Part shown: positions 55,549-62,666 of the stretch, piece by piece
Layout of the letters: each line of letters starts with the position of its first letter
Numbering within the stretch: the stretch's first letter is position 1
Assembly (NCBI GenBank): GCA_903900935.1
Contig: CAIUOX010000038.1
Location: forward strand, 1-63,690
Source of the DNA: an uncultured bacterium
GTDB lineage: Bacteria > Patescibacteriota > Minisyncoccia > Phycocordibacterales > PALSA-1337
Reading direction: 5' to 3'
DNA length: 63,690 nt
Translations under genes and position numbers: made by a program
Notes under the pieces: generated by a model
The model's database searches: none
Told to the model about the DNA's origin: nothing
What the model saw: the letters and a program-made list of their open reading frames with translations, nothing else

Positions 55549-56910
55549 ATGAATAAACTTACTTGTTGTACAGGAGTTGGGACAGTTACAGGTGCCAATT
55601 TCTTATTGGAGACAGAAGCGGGTAGTAAGATACTCATTGACTGCGGTATGGTGCAGGGTGAGCGTATTGCTTCTGAACTCAACAATGAGCCATTTGCATA
55701 TGATCTTTCAAAAATCTCAGCATTGATAATAACCCATGCACACCTCGATCATGTTGGTCGTATCGCAAAGCTCGTCAAAGAAGGCTATGCCGGTCCTATC
55801 TATTCAACGCCACAAACAAAAGAGCTTGCAGAGATCGTCATGAAAGATGCAGTAAATATAATTGCTACAGATGCACAGCAAGAAGGAATTGATCCTATGT
55901 ATGATCTACATGATGTAGAGAATGTATTACCTCTATGGAAAACGATTGAATACCATACTCCGTTTAATATTACTGATGATGTATCTGTTTTTTTGAAAGA
56001 TGCTGGTCATATTCTTGGCTCATCGATGATTGAAGTTACCGTAGCTGGCAAAGAGAAAATTTTGTTCACTGGTGATCTAGGCAATTCGCCAGCACCTCTT
56101 TTGAGAGACACTGAAGCAGTGGGGGATGTTGATTATTTGATTATGGAAAGTGTGTATGGAGATCGTAACCATGAAGCCAGAGAAGAACGAAAAAACAAAC
56201 TCATGCAAGTTATCAAGGACAGTATCGCTCGAAATGGTACGCTCGTCATTCCCGCCTTTTCTATCGATCGAACACAGGTATTGCTCTATGAATTGAATAA
56301 TATGGTTGAGCAAAAAAAGATACCGTCAGTGCCAGTGTTCGTTGATTCTCCGATGGCTATCAATGCGACACAGATATATCGTGAAAGTACATTTTTATTC
56401 AATGATGCTGTGCAACAGCAAATCAAAAAAGGAGATGATATATTTTCATTCAAGAATCTTGATTATACTATGTCACGAAATGAAGCCGAAGTGATTGATC
56501 GTGTAAAAGGTGCAAAGATAATTCTGGCAGGCTCGGGTATGTCAGTAGGTGGACGTATTGTTAGTCATGAAGCGCATTATCTTCCTGATGCGAATAGTAC
56601 AATTCTTTTGGTTGGATATCAGGCAGTCAGTTCTCTTGGACGTAAACTTGCCGATGGTGCAAAAAAGGTGACGATTCATGGTCAAGAGATCAAGGTCAAA
56701 GCGAAAATTGAGACATTGTATGGATATTCTGCGCACAAAGATGGTGATCATTTGGTTGAGTTTGTCTCAACTGGTACCGATCGTTTGAAACAGATATTTG
56801 TAGTGATGGGTGAACCTGGGGCTTCTATGCATTTGGCTCAGCGCTTGAATAATGAGCTTGGTGTGAAGGCGATGGTACCAGAGAGGTTGAAGAAATATAA
56901 GTTGGAATAA
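55549..56910 (+). CDS. Beta-CASP family MBL-fold ribonuclease (CPSF73/RNase J-like)
   Basis: 453 aa. HxHxDH motif ITHAHLDHVGR, later DAGHILGS, beta-CASP region and a C-terminal H (SAHKD). Confidence 0.85.
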   Translation: MNKLTCCTGVGTVTGANFLLETEAGSKILIDCGMVQGERIASELNNEPFAYDLSKISALIITHAHLDHVGRIAKLVKEGYAGPIYSTPQTKELAEIVMKDAVNIIATDAQQEGIDPMYDLHDVENVLPLWKTIEYHTPFNITDDVSVFLKDAGHILGSSMIEVTVAGKEKILFTGDLGNSPAPLLRDTEAVGDVDYLIMESVYGDRNHEAREERKNKLMQVIKDSIARNGTLVIPAFSIDRTQVLLYELNNMVEQKKIPSVPVFVDSPMAINATQIYRESTFLFNDAVQQQIKKGDDIFSFKNLDYTMSRNEAEVIDRVKGAKIILAGSGMSVGGRIVSHEAHYLPDANSTILLVGYQAVSSLGRKLADGAKKVTIHGQEIKVKAKIETLYGYSAHKDGDHLVEFVSTGTDRLKQIFVVMGEPGASMHLAQRLNNELGVKAMVPERLKKYKLE

Positions 56911-56988
56911 TTGTTGGACGAAATCTATCATCAATGTAATCAAAAAAGCCCCATCTCTGAGGCTTTTTTGATTGAGAAATCGTTGAGG

Positions 56989-57333
56989 TTATTTTATCTT
57001 TGCAACAAAGCGTTGGAATGCTTCAGGCTTGAATTCTGCGAGGTGAGCCATAATCTTGCGATCAACAAGAATACCTTTGGCTTTTGTGGCACCGATGAAT
57101 TTGCTGTATGAGAATCCAAGTGGACGAAGGGCCGCATTGATCTTCACATTCCAGAGACGGCGGTGATCACCTTTCTTGTCACGGCGATGTGCGAATGCAT
57201 ATGCTCCTGCATGTGCTAGAGCGTCATTTGCGGCTGCTTCTTTGCGTGAGCGTGCAAAGCGATAACCTTTTGCGGCCTTGAGGACGCGACGGCGATTTTT
57301 GAGGGCATTTACTGCTTTCTTTACTCTTGTCAT
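56989..57333 (-). CDS. rplT: 50S ribosomal protein L20
   Basis: MTRVKKAVNALKNRRRVLKAAKGYRFARS. Confidence 0.95.
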   Translation of the reverse strand: MTRVKKAVNALKNRRRVLKAAKGYRFARSRKEAAANDALAHAGAYAFAHRRDKKGDHRRLWNVKINAALRPLGFSYSKFIGATKAKGILVDRKIMAHLAEFKPEAFQRFVAKIK

Positions 57334-57360
57334 GGTAGTTTAATTACTAATCTCTTGTAT

Positions 57361-57552
57361 TTATAAGTTTACTAAAAAGCGACTTTTTGCTTTGTTTTTC
57401 ATATTTGTAATTACTGACATGCGACGTTTGCTCAAACTGGTACGTGTGCGTTCCTTTGCATTGAAATGGTTTTGACCTGGCTTGCGCGACAAAATCTTGC
57501 CTGTGCGGGTGACTTTGAGACGCTTTGCATACGATTTATTTGTTTTGATCAT
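57361..57552 (-). CDS. rpmI: 50S ribosomal protein L35
   Basis: 63 aa. MIKTNKSYAKRLKVTRTGKILSRKPGQNHF. Confidence 0.92.
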   Translation of the reverse strand: MIKTNKSYAKRLKVTRTGKILSRKPGQNHFNAKERTRTSLSKRRMSVITNMKNKAKSRFLVNL

Positions 57553-57562
57553 AAAATGTTTA

Positions 57563-58072
57563 TTATTTTTTTTCGATGATGATACTCAGTCCTTTTGGTC
57601 CTTTGACGACATCCTGAGCTATTTTGTATTCAACAGTGATGAGCTTCATGATGCGATCTAGGCGTTCTTTGAGGAAATTCATGTCCATATATTTTGAACG
57701 TCCGATAAGGTATAGATCTATTTTGACTCGATTGCCATCTGCAATCCATCCGGATACATTCTTTGCTTTGAGTTCTAGATCATGCTCTCCTGTACCTATC
57801 TTGACTTGAACTATCTTGAGTTCAGAGGTAACAGTCTTTGCTTTGGCGACTTTCTGTTTTTTCTTTTCATCATACAAGTACTTGCCATAATCCATAATCT
57901 TTCCAATCGGCGGTACAGCGGTAGGAGAGATCTCAATGAGATCTAAACCGCGCTTTTGTGCTTCCGCAATAGCTACCGCCGTAGTAATGACGCCAAGGTT
58001 CTCGCCTTCGGCGGTTATTACCCGTAGTTCGGGGGCTTTGATTTGATGGTTTATTTTGACTCGAATACTCAA
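57563..58072 (-). CDS. infC: Translation initiation factor IF-3 (TTG start)
   Basis: INHQIKAPELRVI...GENLGV; the infC-rpmI-rplT order. The first codon is TTG (58070-58072 on the minus strand). Confidence 0.93.
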   Translation of the reverse strand: MSIRVKINHQIKAPELRVITAEGENLGVITTAVAIAEAQKRGLDLIEISPTAVPPIGKIMDYGKYLYDEKKKQKVAKAKTVTSELKIVQVKIGTGEHDLELKAKNVSGWIADGNRVKIDLYLIGRSKYMDMNFLKERLDRIMKLITVEYKIAQDVVKGPKGLSIIIEKK

Positions 58073-58151
58073 TGAATTGAAGGTTACAGAGGCTATTTAT
58101 AGCATATAAGGGGGTAGGAACGCAAGTTTTACAAAGATACATTCAACACTG

Positions 58152-58290
58152 AAGCACATACCCCTACAATATCCTATACTGATGAAACAATTCCCAGCGG
58201 GATATTGTCTCATTACATTATTCTTTAGGCACATATATAAAATCGTCACGAATGTTTCATCGGTATAGGATATTGTAGGGGTATGTGCTT
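58152..58290. repeat. 38-bp near-perfect inverted repeat with a 63-nt spacer
   Basis: 58152-58189 AAGCACATACCCCTACAATATCCTATACTGATGAAACA pairs with 58253-58290 with a single non-Watson-Crick position (T at 58180 opposite G at 58262). It lies between the PLD-gene stop and the infC promoter region. Confidence 0.88.
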
Positions 58291-58319
58291 ATTTGTTAAA
58301 TTCACTGGTTTTTGGTGTA

Positions 58320-59399
58320 TTATAAGAATTTTTTTACCAAACGTATGAGTATTTCTGGCATCTTTTCAATAAATGAGCGTTTTCTCCATTCGGTGAGATG
58401 TACCTCTTTTGATTCATGTATGTCGTGAATGAAGTGCGCTGATAATTCCTCGGCAAATTTGGTATTGGTAGTCACGATATTGGCCTCAAAATTGTAAAGA
58501 AGACTAGCATAATCAAGGTTAAGTGATCCTACAGTAGACCATTCACCGTCAATAATTGTTGATTTGCTATGGATCATATTTCCTTGATATAGAAATATTC
58601 GTACTCCTGATTCGAGTAGTGTTTTGAAATAAGAACGAGCAGCTATGTCTAAAGTAGGGTATTGATCTGTTCTTTCTGGCAAAATAATACGTACATCAAC
58701 TCCGCGGTGTGCGGCGAGTTTGATCACTCGAGAGAGCCGATGAGTAGGTACAAAATATGGTGTTGTTATGTAGATATATTTCCGTGCATTTCGAATCATG
58801 TCAATAAGATGGCTGTATATGTGACGTTGTCCTGGGCGTGGTTTATTTGTGAGATATCGAAATTCATGGTCTCTAGCTCGGACTCGATGTGGTAGTTTGT
58901 TGTCTTTTGCACGTGCCCACATCCGATCAAATGCATTTGCCATTTCTTTTACTGCATTACCTTCGATGCGGACGCTCGTATCACGCCATTTTTTCATTGG
59001 GTCATATATACACATACTACCGGTGTATGCGATTTTGTTGTCGATTACTAGCGTTCGGCGATGATTGCGAAGATACCATGAGCGAAAGTTTGATAGTTTT
59101 GAGTATGAAGGAAAGAGTGTTTTCCAAAAAACAAGTTCAATACCTTTGCTTTTGAGATCTTGGGCTATTGTCGATCCCCAGAATGAGAAGCTACCAGCCG
59201 CATCCCATAAAAATCGTACTTTGACACCTACAGAAGCACGCTCTACGCATATATCTATGAATTTCTGACCAAGCTCATCTGCAACAAAAATGAACTGTTC
59301 AATATATATACTTTCAGTTGCTTTTCTGCAGTCATCAAGCATTGATCCCCACGCCTCTTCATTTGTGGAGTACAAGTTCCAAGACGTTTCTTTATTCAT
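58320..59399 (-). CDS. Phospholipase D / cardiolipin-synthase-family protein (no TM segment)
   Basis: Two PLD motifs: NHRRTLVIDNKIAYTGSMCI (HxR instead of HxK) and IHSKSTIIDGEWSTVGSLNLD (canonical HxK..D). Confidence 0.82.
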   Translation of the reverse strand: MNKETSWNLYSTNEEAWGSMLDDCRKATESIYIEQFIFVADELGQKFIDICVERASVGVKVRFLWDAAGSFSFWGSTIAQDLKSKGIELVFWKTLFPSYSKLSNFRSWYLRNHRRTLVIDNKIAYTGSMCIYDPMKKWRDTSVRIEGNAVKEMANAFDRMWARAKDNKLPHRVRARDHEFRYLTNKPRPGQRHIYSHLIDMIRNARKYIYITTPYFVPTHRLSRVIKLAAHRGVDVRIILPERTDQYPTLDIAARSYFKTLLESGVRIFLYQGNMIHSKSTIIDGEWSTVGSLNLDYASLLYNFEANIVTTNTKFAEELSAHFIHDIHESKEVHLTEWRKRSFIEKMPEILIRLVKKFL

Positions 59400-59479
59400 G
59401 GGGATATTATACCTTGATGCACCATTATCTCCATCTTTATTGCGTGTCCATATGAAAGTCGATATGGTACGATATTCTC

Positions 59480-59926
59480 ATGCCTACTCTTATTGATTAC
59501 AAAAAGGCCCATTTCAACTATGAAATCCTCGAAAAGATCGAGGCTGGTATTGAGTTGTTTGGTCTTGAAGTAAAATCAATCAAAAAGGGTCAAGGCTCGC
59601 TCGATGGTTCATATGTCATAGTTCGTGGTGGAGAGGCATATGCTGTGAATACATTCGTGCCTCCATATCAGGAAAATAATACCCCGAAGGACTATGAACC
59701 TCGTCGAAATCGCCGACTCATTCTCGGCAAGAAAGAAATAGCGCGTTTGGCTGATATTGAAGGTGGTAAGGGGTTGACAATAGTACCAATTTCGATATAT
59801 AATAAGGGTAATCTTCTCAAGGTTTCTATTGCAGTCGTGCGTGGTAAAAAACAGCATGATAAGCGCGAAAGTATCAAAAAGCGCGAAACCGACAGGGCTG
59901 TGAGAAGGGAGTTTAGTGATCGTTGA
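59480..59926 (+). CDS. smpB: SsrA-binding protein SmpB
   Basis: 148 aa. A.FNYEILEK.EAGIEL.G.EVKSI..G...L..SY, C-terminal basic tail. Confidence 0.95.
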   Translation: MPTLIDYKKAHFNYEILEKIEAGIELFGLEVKSIKKGQGSLDGSYVIVRGGEAYAVNTFVPPYQENNTPKDYEPRRNRRLILGKKEIARLADIEGGKGLTIVPISIYNKGNLLKVSIAVVRGKKQHDKRESIKKRETDRAVRREFSDR

Positions 59927-60113
59927 TAATTAGCGTGTCATTCCCGCGAAGGCGGGAATCCAGGGTCTGGGTTCTTTCTTTTAGGTAATGACATGAATAG
60001 GTCACAAAACTTGTGACTTCGATTTTTTTTTCACAGGGAAATCTGGTCTCGCATTTCTTGTTGCTTACGCAACAGAAAGTGCTCGATCCGAATTTCCTTG
60101 GGAAAGGAAATTC

Positions 60114-60488
60114 GGGGATGATCGGCTTCGACAATTGACCATTCTCGTCCGTGCAGCGCGAGCACCATTAACTCGTAAATCTGATGGAAATTCTAAATGC
60201 AAAATCAACCGTTTCTCCGTATTTCGGACAAAAGGACTTCGCATTCGCTTTCGTTTAACGATAGCCGTCACTTCATGGGGATCCTGACTATGATGTTGGC
60301 GTAATAATCTGGATGTAGGGGATTGAAGCTTCTCACTTCAACTCTCGAATTCATGAGATCGTATTGTGTGTTTCTCAGACTTTCTGGATCACAATCATCA
60401 AATCCACTTCGTGGAACAAGGTCTGATATCGCTGTAGAGTCGTTCGACGAATATTGATTGCACCTGGGTTCGATTCCCAGCATCTCCA
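60114..60488 (+). ncRNA. ssrA: tmRNA (SsrA)
   Basis: The 5' end GGGGATGATCGGCTTCGACA matches the conserved GGGGnUGAnnnGGnUUCGAC. The 3' T arm is CTGGGTTCGATTCCCAG followed by CATCTCC-A. The acceptor pairing has G3.U. A tag ORF ends at TAA 60256-60258 (...GQKDFAFAFV). CCA is not encoded. Confidence 0.9.
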
Positions 60489-60780
60489 CAAATAAAATCA
60501 TCCCGCTTTGCGGGTGATTTTTATTTGTGGAGATGAGCGAGCCAACTGTTTGGCTCGCGTCTGGGAATCGAAAAGGTTGAGCATATGGCGCGGAGCGAAG
60601 CGAACACCATACGAATATAAAGTGAACGCTTCAACAAAACAGGTTGAATCTGCCTTTCATGTCTTTGACATATCACTATAATAAATGTTATGAATATATA
60701 AATCTTAAAACATAGGTGTGTCACTACACCTCAATCGCTCAATAGGGCAATAAGTGACTGTTCGTTGAAAGGGGAATGTT

Positions 60781-61584
60781 ATGTCTAAAGAAAAAATTGA
60801 AAAACGTGAGTTTATAACGCTTCACGTTGAACAAACTGGTTTCTTGGTCTATACAATGGGTCCGGGCACAAGTATGTGCATGTTCTACAAACAACCGCTC
60901 GATAAATATCTCGACAGACTGCGAAAAAAGATGTTTGACATAAAATGTCGTCTAAACACGCTATGGGATCTTATGGACAAAGAAAATCCTGATCATCCGT
61001 GCACGGTGAAGTTGGTTGAATTGTGCCTTAAAACTGGTTGGTGGGCGCTTTCGCTCGCAATGGAGCTTGAACCATTCCAGGAACGTTGCAGATATGGTTC
61101 GACGAATCCACTGCGCTTCTTATTTATTCGGCATCTTGAAGAAGTATTTACCAAATGCTTCACGACAGCGTGGATATTTGGAAACACAGAACAGCAGGCA
61201 ATCGGCTTGCGTGGACTTATTACCGACTTTCAGTCAAACGGTGGTGTGCATCTTGTGACGGGTGAACCCGGTAATGGACTGAGAACAACCTTATTTTCTC
61301 ATTACAATGCGCATTTCGCACCAAATGATCGAGAGAAGTTCGTGTATGAAAAATTTTTGGATTTGATGGTAACACTGGCGACCATCGTCGAGGAACAGCA
61401 TCCTAAATGCAGGATAGAATTTGCAAGAGCCATTAGTTTTATGATTCAGAATCATTTTGGTCAGAAGGACATCACTTCTCCAGCAAAGACAGTTATGCTT
61501 CAAAGACTCGTTAGTCTCGCAAATCACCTTGATCCGGTTAACCCACCAGCCACTCTAGAAGCAGAAGTAGTGGCCAAGAAATAA
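60781..61584 (+). CDS. Hypothetical protein (all-alpha, Cys/Trp/His-rich)
   Basis: 267-aa ORF with SD-like GAAAGGGGA 5 nt upstream. Codon usage is richer in G/C-ending codons than neighbouring genes. No family recognised. Confidence 0.55.
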   Translation: MSKEKIEKREFITLHVEQTGFLVYTMGPGTSMCMFYKQPLDKYLDRLRKKMFDIKCRLNTLWDLMDKENPDHPCTVKLVELCLKTGWWALSLAMELEPFQERCRYGSTNPLRFLFIRHLEEVFTKCFTTAWIFGNTEQQAIGLRGLITDFQSNGGVHLVTGEPGNGLRTTLFSHYNAHFAPNDREKFVYEKFLDLMVTLATIVEEQHPKCRIEFARAISFMIQNHFGQKDITSPAKTVMLQRLVSLANHLDPVNPPATLEAEVVAKK

Positions 61585-61746
61585 TTCGAGGATTTCAATA
61601 GACCCTGCCACAAAAAGCAACCCTTACGCTTTCTATGGTGAGGGCCTTTTTTTATTTAAAATAGGTTTTAATATCATTCATTATGTACACTACAATAAAT
61701 TTCGTTTTGCTTATGTACTTTTTATTGTGCATGTTATACTTTATTC

Positions 61747-61953
61747 ATGGATCCTACTATTCAAAAAGAACTCCAAGATCAGCGTGTAATGATAGAGAAG
61801 ATATATATTTCAGTAGAAAAGACTCGAAAATATTTTTTGTGGACAATGATTGGAACTCTTATAATATTTATATTGCCACTTCTCATTCTTGGTTTTGTTT
61901 TGCCATCATTTTTAAGTGATTATACTAGTCAGTTGCAAGGATTGGGCATATAA
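61747..61953 (+). CDS. Hypothetical small membrane protein
   Basis: 68 aa with one TM helix (WTMIGTLIIFILPLLILGFVLP). Preferred over the overlapping frame 61683..61919. Confidence 0.4.
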   Translation: MDPTIQKELQDQRVMIEKIYISVEKTRKYFLWTMIGTLIIFILPLLILGFVLPSFLSDYTSQLQGLGI

Positions 61954-62084
61954 CTTCGTTGTGTGTGGTTTGACGGACCCACTTAAAAGTGGTAGTTTAT
62001 AGTTTAGTTGCACAAGAAAAAATATTCTATGAAAATATACAACATTGAAACGTTGTCTCCACTCATCATTCAAGGAGGTCTGGT

Positions 62085-62552
62085 ATGACATATGAACTTT
62101 CACTACTTTTTGTTCTCATCATATGGCTCGTGGTTACAATCCTACACAGGATACATGTTGAAAAACGTACGCAGGAGCGATTGTGTAAATGCAAAAACAA
62201 GGATGGAACTATTTGTGGCAAAACAACTGTACGTCGCTATCAGATGATCATTCCTCCTCGTAGTAGCGAACGAGTTGGATGGTGGACCAAGCTATTTCTC
62301 ACTGTCATATTTGATGAATGCGCTGTTGGACACGTCAAATTGATAAGTTCGTGTAATAAGCGGTTCACACTACCTATGTTGGGATGGAGACACATTTACG
62401 ATCCTTGGCAATTTATTGTTGATGAGACATTGTTCCATCGGACCGGGCTCATAGATGAGGTTCAGTCTGATCTGATCTCTCGCATGGAGGAGACCAAGGT
62501 TGCTCGGCAGATGAAAATTGGACCATTTCCTCCAGTTGAACGCTCGCCATGA
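62085..62552 (+). CDS. Hypothetical protein with an N-terminal TM helix and Cys-rich segment
   Basis: 155-aa ORF preceded by a perfect SD, AAGGAGGT (62072-62079), 5 nt before the ATG. Terminator AGCCACACT-cattt-AGTGGGGCT plus T-run at about 62607-62634. Confidence 0.55.
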   Translation: MTYELSLLFVLIIWLVVTILHRIHVEKRTQERLCKCKNKDGTICGKTTVRRYQMIIPPRSSERVGWWTKLFLTVIFDECAVGHVKLISSCNKRFTLPMLGWRHIYDPWQFIVDETLFHRTGLIDEVQSDLISRMEETKVARQMKIGPFPPVERSP

Positions 62553-62666
62553 TTTTCTGGAATTAGTCAGAAGAAGAAACGCTGAATACAACGTTCAGTC
62601 GCAAGCCACACTCATTTAGTGGGGCTTTTTACTATCAAAAATATTACTTGAATTCATCACTATATT

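Noticed and set aside
59940-59959. ATTCCCGC-gaag-GCGGGAAT, which resembles Neisseria dRS3-type repeats (ATTCCC-N8-GGGAAT) and the common repeat that generates LRGND-type junk peptides.
   Set aside because: There is only one copy in the window. It sits right after the smpB stop and is followed by a second small hairpin and a T-rich run. The simplest reading is the smpB terminator.
59913-60501. Three minus-strand ORFs (59913..60134, 60065..60271, 60268..60501).
   Set aside because: They lie antisense across the smpB terminator and the tmRNA gene. The tmRNA call explains the region.
60665-60682. TTGACA and TATAAT boxes upstream of ORF 60781.
   Set aside because: The two hexamers are only 6 nt apart, which is incompatible with a sigma70-type promoter. 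They were not called.
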